Source of the DNA: an uncultured Acidobacteriota bacterium
GTDB taxonomy: Bacteria > Acidobacteriota > Vicinamibacteria > Vicinamibacterales > CAVVIG01
Direction of reading: 5' to 3'
Assembly (NCBI GenBank): GCA_963794705.1
Contig: CAWCFI010000013.1
Location: forward strand, 14,523 to 78,522
Length of the DNA: 64,000 nt
This document shows, one piece after another, positions 1 through 8,758 of this stretch (positions are counted from its first letter, which is position 1; every line of letters starts with the position of its first letter). The position numbers were made by a program, and so were the translations under genes. Under the pieces are notes generated by a model. That model worked only from the letters and a program-made list of their open reading frames with translations. It was not told the DNA's origin and did not search any database.

Positions 1-11
1 GGAATGAGGAG

Positions 12-512
12 TTGACGATGATTGGAATTCTGCTCGCGGGTGCGATGACGATCTCGAGCCCGGCCTTTACCGACGGCGGCAACATCCCGCCCAAGTTCAC
101 CTGCGACGCCGGGCAGACCAGCCCCTCGCCGGCGCTGGCGTGGAAGGATGCGCCGGCCGGAACGAAGTCGTTCGCGCTGGTGATGGACGACCCGGATGTG
201 ACGCAGATGCCCGGCGGCTTCGTGCACTGGGTGCTGTACGACATTCCGGGGACGACCAAGGAACTGCCGGAGGGCTTCACGGTCGGTTCGCTCGGCGTGT
301 CCGGCAACATGGGTATGCGGCGTCCCGGCTACATGGGCCCGTGCCCGCCGACCGGTGCGCACCACTATCATTTCAAGCTCTACGCCCTCGACGTCGAGAC
401 GCTCGGCCTCGCGCAGGGCGCCAGCCGCGCGGACATCGAGAAGGCGCTTGCCGAACACAAGCCGCTCGCGATGGCTGAGACGATTGGGATTTACCAGAAA
501 CAGGCCAAATAA
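12..512 (+). CDS. YbhB/YbcL (PEBP, Raf-kinase-inhibitor-like) family protein
   Basis: 166-aa ORF; hydrophobic N-terminus; motifs DDPD..GGFVHWVLYDIP and GPCPP..HHYHFKLYAL typical of bacterial PEBP proteins; TAA stop 510-512. Confidence 0.85.
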   Translation: MTMIGILLAGAMTISSPAFTDGGNIPPKFTCDAGQTSPSPALAWKDAPAGTKSFALVMDDPDVTQMPGGFVHWVLYDIPGTTKELPEGFTVGSLGVSGNMGMRRPGYMGPCPPTGAHHYHFKLYALDVETLGLAQGASRADIEKALAEHKPLAMAETIGIYQKQAK

Positions 513-555
513 ATCTGAAGTCTCAAATCTGAAGTCTGAAGTCTCACGTCTGAAG
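511..555. repeat. heptanucleotide tandem array (AAATCTG/AAGTCTG/AAGTCTC, about 6.5 units)
   Basis: read directly: aaatctg aagtctc aaatctg aagtctg aagtctc acgtctg aag; begins inside the TAA stop of the upstream gene. Confidence 0.9.
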
Positions 556-797
556 CGGCGTTCGGTCAGTGCCGGACGCCGCCTTCCCGGTTCGACAGGG
601 CCCGCCACGCCAGCCTCGCCACGCCCAGCCCGCCGACGATCATCGACTGCACCAGGCTCATCCCCGTCCGCACATAAGCATCTCGAAAAGATTCCACGCA
701 GGCGAGCACGAAGGTCACACCTCATCAGACCAGCCGCCGGTGACGGAAGTGACAATCGGGGGTGAAAAGAAGGTGACACCGTGGCACGATCGGCATC

Positions 798-1433
798 GTG
801 ACCGAGATTCGCGCCGATGCGATCGGACGCACCGCGGTGGCGGCCGCGGTCGGCGGTCTGGTGATGGTGACCATCATCGCCGATCGTCTGACGCCGCCGG
901 CCGGCGCGATCGCGGATCGCTACTCGACGCTCGCGGCGATCCTGATCGTCGCCACCGTGCTGACCACGCTGGTGGTGTCGCGCGAGCGGCTCGGCCGGCC
1001 GGGGCGGCTGGCCGCGGTCGTCGTGCTGCTGGCGACGGGCATGGCGTGGTACGGCGGGCGCCAGTGGGTGCACGAGAAGTACTTCGACTACCTCGTGGCG
1101 CAGCAGAAGACCACGCTCGAGCTCGACAGCATCGAGATATCCGGCGCGATCACCAATTTCCTGCATGCCCGCGCCAGTACCGCGCCGCCGAGGCCGAGGC
1201 CGGCCACCTGGGAGCGCGACGAGGACGCCGTGCTTGCCTACGAACAGGACACGGCGCTGCTGTTCGAGGCGGACTTCGGTCCGCAAGTGCGACGGATCCG
1301 CGAGATGTACTCGTTGCGCGGGCTGGTCGATCGCGACCTCGAGGCGTTCTATCGCAGGCCGGCGAACGCGTTCCAGATCGGCGTCATCGCCAGGAGACTG
1401 CCGGTGCTGGCACACCGCCTCGAACGCTCGTAA
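798..1433 (+). CDS. hypothetical membrane protein
   Basis: 211-aa ORF with three hydrophobic segments in the first 90 aa; GC3-rich codon usage like neighbours; no recognisable family. Confidence 0.5.
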   Translation: MTEIRADAIGRTAVAAAVGGLVMVTIIADRLTPPAGAIADRYSTLAAILIVATVLTTLVVSRERLGRPGRLAAVVVLLATGMAWYGGRQWVHEKYFDYLVAQQKTTLELDSIEISGAITNFLHARASTAPPRPRPATWERDEDAVLAYEQDTALLFEADFGPQVRRIREMYSLRGLVDRDLEAFYRRPANAFQIGVIARRLPVLAHRLERS

Positions 1434-1444
1434 CCTGCGGCGAG

Positions 1445-1467
1445 GTCTGGCTAAAGCCGGACACTAC
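1445..1467 (-). repeat. REP-like element, GTAGTG head plus short hairpin (gtagtgtccggctttagccagac on minus strand)
   Basis: near-identical copies at 7608-7631 and 52448-52471. Confidence 0.7.
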
Positions 1468-1474
1468 AGGAAAC

Positions 1475-1517
1475 GGCGACCGGCGACTGACGACTAACGA
1501 CTAGCGACCAACGACTA
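1475..1517. repeat. heptanucleotide tandem array (GGCGACC/GACGACT/AACGACT, 6 units)
   Basis: ggcgacc ggcgact gacgact aacgact agcgacc aacgact; ends at the base before the stop codon of the minus-strand AKR gene. Confidence 0.9.
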
Positions 1518-2600
1518 CTAATATCGCTCCGCATCGCTCTTCGGCGCGAGCGGCCAGACGGTCGACTTCTCGCCGTTCACGGTGGTGCCGCCCTGCGAGA
1601 ACATGCTCGCCACGTTCAGGAACTGCATCGGAAACCCGAGCGTCGGCTTCGAGAGCTGGTCGAGCCGCGCGATCTGATCCGCGGTCAGCGCGAGATCGAG
1701 GGCTGCAAGGTTCTGGTCGAGCTGATCCATCCGACGCGCGCCGATGATCGTCGAGGCGACGCCGCGCCGGCCTTGCACCCACGCCAGCGCGACCGAGGCG
1801 GGGCTGGCGTTGATGTCCTTGCCGATCGCGATCAGCTCGTCGATGATCGCGTAGACCTTCTCGCCGAGGTTCTGCGTCACCCGCTCGCCGCGATCGGCCT
1901 TGACCGTGGCGGCGTTGGCGCGGGTGTATTTGCCCGACAGCACGCCGCTCTTCAACGGCGACCACGGCGTGACGCCGAGGCCCATCTCCACCGCCATCGG
2001 GATCAGCTCGCCTTCGACGGTGCGCTCGAGCAGCGAGTACTCGATCTGCAGCGCCACCAGCGGCGCCCAGCCGCGGAACCGCGCGATCGTCTGCGCCTGG
2101 GAGACCTTCCACGCCGGGGTGTCCGAGAAGCCGATGTAGCGCACCTTGCCGGACGCGACGAGATCGTCCAGGGCGCGCATGGTTTCTTCGATCGGCGTGT
2201 GGCGATCCCAGCAGTGCATCCAGTAGAGATCGATGTAGTCGGTCTGCAGGCGGCGCAGCGACTGCTCGCACGAGGCGACGATCGTCTTGCGCCCGGCGCC
2301 GCCGCCGTTCGGATCGCCGGGATGCAGGTTGCCGAAGAACTTGGTGGCGATCACCACGCGATCGCGCTTGCCGGCGTCGCGGCCGATGAAGTCGCCGATG
2401 ATGGTCTCGGAGTGGCCCTTGGTGTAGACGTTGGCGGTGTCGATGAAATTGCCGCCGCGCTCGAGGAAGCGCGAGATGATCGCCTCGGATTCGCCGACGC
2501 TCGAGCCCCAGCCCCAGTCCTCGCCAAAGGTCATCGCGCCCAGACAGAACGGGCTCACCCGCAGCCCGGAGTCGCCAATCGTCACATAATCGGTCAACAT
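1518..2600 (-). CDS. aldo/keto reductase
   Basis: 360-aa intact ORF; LGAMTFGEDWGWG, DTANVYTKGHSE, YIDLYWMHCWD motifs of the AKR superfamily. Confidence 0.9.
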   Translation of the reverse strand: MLTDYVTIGDSGLRVSPFCLGAMTFGEDWGWGSSVGESEAIISRFLERGGNFIDTANVYTKGHSETIIGDFIGRDAGKRDRVVIATKFFGNLHPGDPNGGGAGRKTIVASCEQSLRRLQTDYIDLYWMHCWDRHTPIEETMRALDDLVASGKVRYIGFSDTPAWKVSQAQTIARFRGWAPLVALQIEYSLLERTVEGELIPMAVEMGLGVTPWSPLKSGVLSGKYTRANAATVKADRGERVTQNLGEKVYAIIDELIAIGKDINASPASVALAWVQGRRGVASTIIGARRMDQLDQNLAALDLALTADQIARLDQLSKPTLGFPMQFLNVASMFSQGGTTVNGEKSTVWPLAPKSDAERY

Positions 2601-2649
2601 TGGTCTTTCGTCCTTGGTCGTAAGTCGTTGGTCCTTGGGCCGTCGGCCC
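2601..2649. repeat. heptanucleotide tandem array (TGGTCNT/AAGTCGT, 7 units; inverse orientation of the 1475 and 3105 arrays)
   Basis: tggtctt tcgtcct tggtcgt aagtcgt tggtcct tgggccg tcggccc; starts at the base after the AKR start codon; last units form the hairpin gggccgtcggccc. Confidence 0.85.
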
Positions 2650-2660
2650 TTGAGTAGAGT

Positions 2661-3041
2661 CTAGCCGCGGTCACGGCGATCCGCCTTCATCAGTTCTTGA
2701 ATCCATTTCGTCAGCCGTTTGCCGATGACAACATAACGGTTGCCCAGGCTGGCGCATTCGTCTTCGGTGACGTGACGACGGCCCAGGCAGACCCGCAGGT
2801 GCGTGCGCATCTCATTGCAGGAACCGCGAGCGATCCGTTGGAAATGCGCGCAGTGACGATCGGTGCCCTGGCCGAATCCTTCGCCGATCACCGCTGGAAT
2901 CCGCGCTGAGCATGTGGCTAGCTGCTCTCGCAACTCAGGGTCTCGTCGAAGGCTCGGCCGGTCCAGGATCGCAGAAATGGCATCGGCAGCTTCGAGCGCT
3001 TGTTGATAAACCTGCAAATCTTCAAGCGATTTGATGATCAT
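2661..3041 (-). CDS. four-helix-bundle protein (23S rRNA intervening-sequence protein family)
   Basis: 126-aa ORF; LQVYQQALEAADAI ... IPAVIGEGFGQ ... ARGSCNEMRTHL pattern typical of this family; lower GC than neighbours. Confidence 0.8.
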   Translation of the reverse strand: MIIKSLEDLQVYQQALEAADAISAILDRPSLRRDPELREQLATCSARIPAVIGEGFGQGTDRHCAHFQRIARGSCNEMRTHLRVCLGRRHVTEDECASLGNRYVVIGKRLTKWIQELMKADRRDRG

Positions 3042-3104
3042 ACCGCTGGAGATCGCATGGTCCGTGCCGGACGACCGACCGATGACGGGAGCAACCAGTG
3101 AGTA

Positions 3105-3168
3105 AATGACCGAGGACTAATGACCAACGACCAAATGACTAATGACTAATGACTAATGACTAATGACT
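3105..3168. repeat. heptanucleotide tandem array (AATGACC/AACGACC then AATGACT x5, 9 units)
   Basis: aatgacc gaggact aatgacc aacgacc aaatgact aatgact x4; ends 10 nt before the ATG at 3179. Confidence 0.9.
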
Positions 3169-3178
3169 AGAATGCTGC

Positions 3179-4111
3179 ATGCAGAATGGATCGCCGAAAA
3201 AGCTTGGACGCCGCGAGCTTCTCAAGGGCACCGCCCTGCTGGCCGTCGCCGCCACGGCTCGTCTGCAGGGGCAAGCACCAGCACCAGAGCCGCAAACTCG
3301 GCTCGCCGATGCGCCGCTCGGGCCGTCCGTGACGATCACGGTCGAACGTCGGGGTGAAGTAGTGCTGGTCGGGCTCAACCGTCCGTTCATCCAGAACCGG
3401 CTCGATCCGCCGACGCGGGCCCGACTGGGAGAGGTCTTCTACCAGTACGAGCACGACCTGTCGCTGCGTGCGCTCGTCCTGTTCGGCCACGGCGAGCACT
3501 TCTCGCGCGGCATCGACGTCGATGCGTCGCAGGCCGGCATCATCGCCGGTCAGCGCGCGGCGGCGACCACGCCGACCATCGACGTGCTCGGCAATACTGG
3601 GCAGGCGCGGCGGTCGAAGCCGGTGGTGGTGGTGGTGCACGGCGACACCTGGAACCTCGGCCACGAGATCTACCTGGCCAGCGACGTCCGCGTGGCCGCC
3701 GCGAACACGCGCTTCGGCCAGGACGAGAACACCCATGGCCGCTTTCCCGGCGGCGGCGCCACGGTGCGGTTCGTTCGCGAGGCGGGCTGGGGCAACGCGA
3801 TGCGCTATATGCTGACCGGCGACCACTGGAGCGCGGAGGAGTCGTACCGGATGGGCATCACCCAGCAGATCGCACCGACCCCGGCGGCGGCGCTCGAGGC
3901 CGGCGTCGAGCTGGCGCGCCGCATCGCGGCGTGCGCACCGCTCTCGATCAAGGCGACCCTGGCCTCCGCGCACCAGTACGTCGATCCGGTCGAAGCCGAC
4001 GCGCTGTCGAAGCTCGGCGCCCAGTACGGCGCGCTCTACCGGACCGAAGACTTCACCGAAGGTCGGCGGGCAGAGGCCGAAGGCCGGCCACCACAATACA
4101 AAGGGAAATGA
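3179..4111 (+). CDS. enoyl-CoA hydratase/isomerase (crotonase) family protein with twin-arginine signal
   Basis: 310-aa ORF; N-terminal GRRELLKGTALLAVAATA (Tat-like); crotonase-fold motifs VVLVGLNRP, FGHGEHFSRGIDV, GGGATVRF, MLTGDHWSAEE. Confidence 0.8.
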   Translation: MQNGSPKKLGRRELLKGTALLAVAATARLQGQAPAPEPQTRLADAPLGPSVTITVERRGEVVLVGLNRPFIQNRLDPPTRARLGEVFYQYEHDLSLRALVLFGHGEHFSRGIDVDASQAGIIAGQRAAATTPTIDVLGNTGQARRSKPVVVVVHGDTWNLGHEIYLASDVRVAAANTRFGQDENTHGRFPGGGATVRFVREAGWGNAMRYMLTGDHWSAEESYRMGITQQIAPTPAAALEAGVELARRIAACAPLSIKATLASAHQYVDPVEADALSKLGAQYGALYRTEDFTEGRRAEAEGRPPQYKGK

Positions 4112-5262
4112 TGTCCACTTCAGATCGACGCGGCACAGCACGAGCGGCCGCCCTCATGGCGCTGATCGGGGGCGTCGCCACGCTGCTCGCGCAATCCACG
4201 CCGGGCGTGATCTCCGGCCCCGTCGGCCCGAGCCCGTACGACATCGTCCGCGGCTGGCACAAGCCGTTCTCCGCGCCAGGATTCACCTTCGGAGGGAACT
4301 CAGGCGTCTTCGCCGAGTCGCCCACCCGCATCTTCGTCGCACAGCGCGGAGAGTACCGGCTGCCTGATCCGGTCCCTCCGGCGTTCGCGGGGTTTGCCGG
4401 ATCGATCGGCGTCAACGTGCTCAGCGCCACTGCCGGCCGCGTGTGGAAGAACTGCCTCTACACCCTCGACGCGAACGGCAATGTCAAGGAGCGGTGGACC
4501 CAGTGGGATTCGCTGTGCGAGGGCTCGTCCGGCCCCGGACCACACCGGCTGCGCATCAGCCCGTACGACCCCGAGCACCGGGTGTGGGTGGTCAACGAGA
4601 CGTTCAGCACCATCTACGTCTTCTCGAATGACGGCAGCAAACTGCTCAAGACGCTGGGCGAGAAGAACGTGCAGGGCAAGGACGGCACGCACTTCGGCAA
4701 GCCGCAGGACGTGGCGTTTTTGCCGGACGGCCGCATCCTCATCGCCGACGGCCTCGACAACCATCGCGTGATGATTCTCGACAAGGCGATGAACTACATC
4801 GGCGAGTTCGGCGGCCCGGGCAAAGGGCCCGGCCAGTTCAGCGGCGTCCACGCGATCGCCGTTGGACCCGAGGGGCGGATCTTCGCGCTCGATCGCTCGG
4901 GCAACCGCATCAACGTCTTCAAGACCACGACCGATCCGGCGAAGGTCGATTTCGTCGAGGCGTTCCCCGGCTTCTCGCTGCCGCTCGACCTCATCGTCAA
5001 CGACGACAGCCTCTGGGTCACCGACCTCAACCCGCTACGGTTCACCAAGCTCGACTTCCACGGCACCCATCTCTACACCTGGATGGTGCCGAAGGACCTG
5101 CCCGACGGCTACCTCGAGGTCCACACGTTCACGGTGGACTCGAACGGCAATCTGTACGGCGGCGACAATCAGTACGGACGCACGCAGAAGTTCGTACCGA
5201 AAGCCGGCGCCGATCCGAAGCTGCTGATCGGTCCGCCGTGGTCCGCGCGCCCGGCGCGCTGA
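4108..5262 (+). CDS. NHL-repeat beta-propeller protein (peptidyl-alpha-hydroxyglycine lyase-like), exported
   Basis: ATG 4108 overlaps the upstream stop (ATGA); signal peptide; NHL blades such as GKPQDVAFLPDGRILIADGLDNHRVMIL and GPGQFSGVHAIAVGPEGRIFALDRSGNRINVF; the track ORF from 3931 is an upstream extension. Confidence 0.75.
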   Translation: MMSTSDRRGTARAAALMALIGGVATLLAQSTPGVISGPVGPSPYDIVRGWHKPFSAPGFTFGGNSGVFAESPTRIFVAQRGEYRLPDPVPPAFAGFAGSIGVNVLSATAGRVWKNCLYTLDANGNVKERWTQWDSLCEGSSGPGPHRLRISPYDPEHRVWVVNETFSTIYVFSNDGSKLLKTLGEKNVQGKDGTHFGKPQDVAFLPDGRILIADGLDNHRVMILDKAMNYIGEFGGPGKGPGQFSGVHAIAVGPEGRIFALDRSGNRINVFKTTTDPAKVDFVEAFPGFSLPLDLIVNDDSLWVTDLNPLRFTKLDFHGTHLYTWMVPKDLPDGYLEVHTFTVDSNGNLYGGDNQYGRTQKFVPKAGADPKLLIGPPWSARPAR

Positions 5263-6191
5263 TGAGGCCTCCGATGCGTCACCCGCGCGAATCGACGCTG
5301 ACGCGCATCACCGCTTCCGCGCTCGTGGTCGTGTGCGCGCCGCTGCTCCTCGGGTCGGCACAGTCGGATCGGAAGGCGGCGAAGACGCCGTGGACGGTGA
5401 GTCGGACGGCCGACGGACGCCCCGAGCTCCAGGGGATGTGGACCAACTACGACCCGACGCCATTCGAGCGGCTCGGCCCCGACGAACAGTTTCCCCGTGA
5501 GCTGGCGGTCAGCACCGCCGACTGGCTGGTGCAGGACAGTCCGATCAGCCCTCGCCGAGCGTCGATGGTGGTGGACCCGCCGAACGGCAGGGTGCCGCTG
5601 AAGCAATCGGCGATCGAGGCGAGAACGGCGACGCTGGCTCAGCCCTCGGACTCCCTCGAACGCTACGGTCCCTGGGAACGGTGCATCACCCGCGGCGTGC
5701 CGGCGTCGATGATGCCCAGCGCCTACAACAACGGCCATCAGATCGTGCAGACCCGGGACTACATCGTCTTTCATTCGGAGATGATCCACGAAGCGCGGGT
5801 GATTCCGCTGGATGGGCGGCCGCATCCCGGCCCCGATGTCAGGTCGTGGAACGGGGACTCACGCGGTCGCTGGGAAGGCGATACGCTGGTTGTCGACACG
5901 ACCAACTTCAACGGTAAGGGGTGGATTGCGACGCACGCGGCCGCCGGATGGATTCGCGGCATTCCGCAAAGCCAGGCCTGTCACGTGGTCGAACGACTCA
6001 AGCGGGTGGACGCGAACACGATCCAATACGAGGTCACGATCGACGATCCGAACGTGTACACCAGGCCATGGACCGTGGCGTTTCCGCTGAATCGTGACGA
6101 GCCGTACCGGATTTACGAATACGCCTGCCACGAAGGCAATCACGCGCTGGAGAACATGCTGCGCCTTGGTGGCCTGGAGAATCAGCGGTAG
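5262..6191 (+). CDS. hypothetical exported protein
   Basis: ATG 5262 overlaps the upstream TGA (TGATG); signal peptide ALVVVCAPLLLGSAQS; no family recognised. Confidence 0.6.
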   Translation: MRPPMRHPRESTLTRITASALVVVCAPLLLGSAQSDRKAAKTPWTVSRTADGRPELQGMWTNYDPTPFERLGPDEQFPRELAVSTADWLVQDSPISPRRASMVVDPPNGRVPLKQSAIEARTATLAQPSDSLERYGPWERCITRGVPASMMPSAYNNGHQIVQTRDYIVFHSEMIHEARVIPLDGRPHPGPDVRSWNGDSRGRWEGDTLVVDTTNFNGKGWIATHAAAGWIRGIPQSQACHVVERLKRVDANTIQYEVTIDDPNVYTRPWTVAFPLNRDEPYRIYEYACHEGNHALENMLRLGGLENQR

Positions 6192-7238
6192 ACGGACTCC
6201 TTCGGAAAATCCTTGTCGTCGACAAATCGGCGAATGTCCTGCGCCACCGAGGTGTTCTTCTCCAGCATCACCCAATGGTCATCGTTGGGATACAGCTTCA
6301 CGCGCAGGTCGGTCACCCACTTGTCCAGCCCGCTGAGGTGACTGGAGAGAATCGCGGTGTCCTTCATGCCCCAGATCACCAGCGTCGGCGTCTTGATGAT
6401 CGTGGACTTCGCCCCCGCGGTGACTTCCTTCGCCGACCATGACGAGGGAATCGTCGACGCCGGATGACGATCGTTGAACGGCGGGTTCCGGTGATTGGCG
6501 CGATAGTAATTGAGGCCGGCGGTGGTTGAGCCCGGCTGCGACCAGGCGTCAATCCAAGCCCGACGATCGTCTTCGCTGTAGCGGCCGGCTCTTGACCTCG
6601 GCGTCCACGAATCCCGCGTGCGCGCGGCGCGTCGCGCTCTCCCTGGTGTCGTGTTCGTCGATCGGCTGCTCCCCTGGCGCCAGAAACTTGTTGAAGACGA
6701 AGAAGTAGTTGCTCGCGTAACGCTGCGCGGGATTCTCGCGCAGCTCGCGCTCTGAGATGAACGGGTGCGCGCCATTGACGATCACCAGCTTCTCGAGCAT
6801 CTCGGGGTGATACATCGCGAACACCCACGCGACGTTGGCGCCCCAGTCGTGGGCGACCAGGACGAACTTCCTGTCTTTGCCGCCCACCTTCTCGGCGAAC
6901 TGCCGCACGTCCTCGACCAGATGCTTCATCGTGTACGGCTCGAGCCCTTCCGGCCGCGACGACAGGTTGTAGCCGCGCATGTCGAGGCCGACCGCCAGAT
7001 GGTCGCGGCCCATCTCCACCATCTGATCCTTCCACTGGTACCAGAACGACGGGTAACCGTGCAGGAACAGGACCAGCGGTCCCGTGCCGACGCTCGCATA
7101 GTGCAGCCGCATGCCGTTGACGTCGGCGTAGTGGTCTTCGAACACCGGCCGCGCGCCCTGCGCACCTGTGTGTGCCGGAAGCATGATCGTCAAGAGAACG
7201 CCCAGCATCAACGCTGCGTGCCGCATGTGTCGCCTCAT
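6182..7238 (-). pseudogene. alpha/beta hydrolase (epoxide-hydrolase-like), one frameshift
   Basis: N-part ORF 6549-7238 (HGYPSFWYQW, nucleophile elbow AHDWGA) and C-part ORF 6182-6775 (LNYYRA, PTLVIWGMKD, DDHWV) join near 6590-6610 by removing one base. Confidence 0.8.
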
Positions 7239-7289
7239 TTCTTCAAGCCCGCCGGCGCACCGGCACCACCATCATTTCCGCGGTCGCCT

Positions 7290-7682
7290 CTACTTCTGTT
7301 CGACCACGATCAGCTCGATTGTCTTGCCGGTTTCGTTGACGTCCTTGTGCATGGCTCCGGCGGGCATCGGCTCCTGCCAGTACGCCTTGCCCGCCTCATA
7401 GTGCGTAACGGTCTTCTTCCCTTGCGGATCGATCGTCGTCAGGTCGCCGCCGACGATGCCGATCACCGTGCGGTAGCGATCGTGGCGATGCATGGTCGAC
7501 TCGGTGTGCGGCGGGATGATGCTCTTCCACGACACCGCGCGATCGTTTTCGAACTGTGGCACGCGTGTCATCTCGGCCTTCGGCGCCTGCGCCAAGATCC
7601 GAGTCACGGTCCGGCTAAAGCCGGACACTACAAGCACGCACACCAGACCCACCAGGCCCACCCGCCTCACCTGCCCTGTCAT
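7290..7682 (-). CDS. small exported cupin-domain protein
   Basis: only the last 130 codons of track ORF 7290-8111 look real: signal peptide then MHRHDRYRTVIGIVGG...EAGKAYWQ cupin-like core. Confidence 0.65.
   Translation of the reverse strand: MTGQVRRVGLVGLVCVLVVSGFSRTVTRILAQAPKAEMTRVPQFENDRAVSWKSIIPPHTESTMHRHDRYRTVIGIVGGDLTTIDPQGKKTVTHYEAGKAYWQEPMPAGAMHKDVNETGKTIELIVVEQK
7608..7631 (-). repeat. REP-like element (gtagtgtccggctttagccggacc) lying inside the cupin signal-peptide codons
   Basis: perfect 7-bp stem gtccggc/gccggac with taaa loop; translated in frame as VVSGFSRT. Confidence 0.7.
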
Positions 7683-7753
7683 CGTCCCTCCCGCCTCACC
7701 TGTCTCTCCCGCGTCATTCCTCCTGCCCGTCCTGGCCCCCTGCCCGTCCCGCC

Positions 7754-8758
7754 CTACCTCCCCAGCCGGTCCCGCCCTTCCAGCCCCAGAAGTTTCGCGG
7801 CGTTCTTCCAGCGGATGCCTTCTCGCTGCTCGTCCGTGACGGGCAGCTGGTCGACCGCTTCGAGCATCAACGGGATGCTGCCGATTTGATGCGGATAGTC
7901 GCTGCCGGCGAGGATGTGGTCGGCGCCGGCGAAGTCGATCGCCAGCTTCAGCGCGCCCTGGTTGAAGTTGACGGTGTCGTAGTAGAACTCCTTGAGGTAG
8001 GTGCTCGGCGGGCGGTTGATCTTGGCGCGGCAGTCCTTGAAGTTGTGGAAGCCGCGATCCAGCCGCTCGACCAGGTATGGGATCGTCCCGCCGAGATGGC
8101 AGAGCGCCCATTTGATCTTCGGGAAGCGCTCCGGCACGCCGTTGAAGGTCAGCGACGCGGCGGCCAGCGTCGTGTCGTAGAGAAATCCGACCAGCGGCAT
8201 CAGCCAGAACTCGTTCATCATATCGACGTTCACCGGATGTTCCGGGTGGATGTACATCACCGCGCCGATGTCGTTCGCCGCCTCGTAGATCGGCCAGAAC
8301 CGCTCGTCGCTGAGCGCCACGCCGTTGATGTTGCTGAACAGCATCGCGCCGCGCATGCCGAGCTCGCCGGTGGCGCGCTGGAACTCCTTCAGCGAGGCCT
8401 TCGGATCGTTCAGCGGCAGCGTCGCCAGCGAGGTGAAGTGCGTGCCGCGCGTCTCCATCGCCTCCTTGAACTCATCGTTGACCATCGACGCCAGCCGCAC
8501 CGCGGTCGCCGGCGTCTCGACATGCGTCCCGGGCGTGGTCAGCGTCACGCACTGCATGGTGACGCCGTGCTGGTCGAGCACCTCCTGGCGGTAGGCCAGA
8601 TCGCGGTGACCGCGGACCGCGACGTTGTAGTCGCCGGGGTAGTGCAGGTTCGGGTTGCCGTCGCTGTCGATCGTGACCCTGACGCTGCTCTCGCCCGACT
8701 GCAGCGCCTTCATGTAGTTGGGCGGGTAGTAGTGGTTGTGGAAATCAATCACGGGCAT
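7754..8758 (-). CDS. amidohydrolase-2 family protein (ACMSD/aromatic-acid decarboxylase-like)
   Basis: 334-aa intact ORF; VIDFHNHYYP metal motif; overlaps the upstream permease by 14 nt. Confidence 0.85.
   Translation of the reverse strand: MPVIDFHNHYYPPNYMKALQSGESSVRVTIDSDGNPNLHYPGDYNVAVRGHRDLAYRQEVLDQHGVTMQCVTLTTPGTHVETPATAVRLASMVNDEFKEAMETRGTHFTSLATLPLNDPKASLKEFQRATGELGMRGAMLFSNINGVALSDERFWPIYEAANDIGAVMYIHPEHPVNVDMMNEFWLMPLVGFLYDTTLAAASLTFNGVPERFPKIKWALCHLGGTIPYLVERLDRGFHNFKDCRAKINRPPSTYLKEFYYDTVNFNQGALKLAIDFAGADHILAGSDYPHQIGSIPLMLEAVDQLPVTDEQREGIRWKNAAKLLGLEGRDRLGR

Noticed and set aside
7683-8111. 273-aa ORF 7290-8111 as a larger cupin-containing protein
   Set aside because: The N-terminal 143 residues are Arg/Pro/Gly-rich and overlap the amidohydrolase gene out of frame. 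Only the last 130 codons show a signal peptide and a cupin core.
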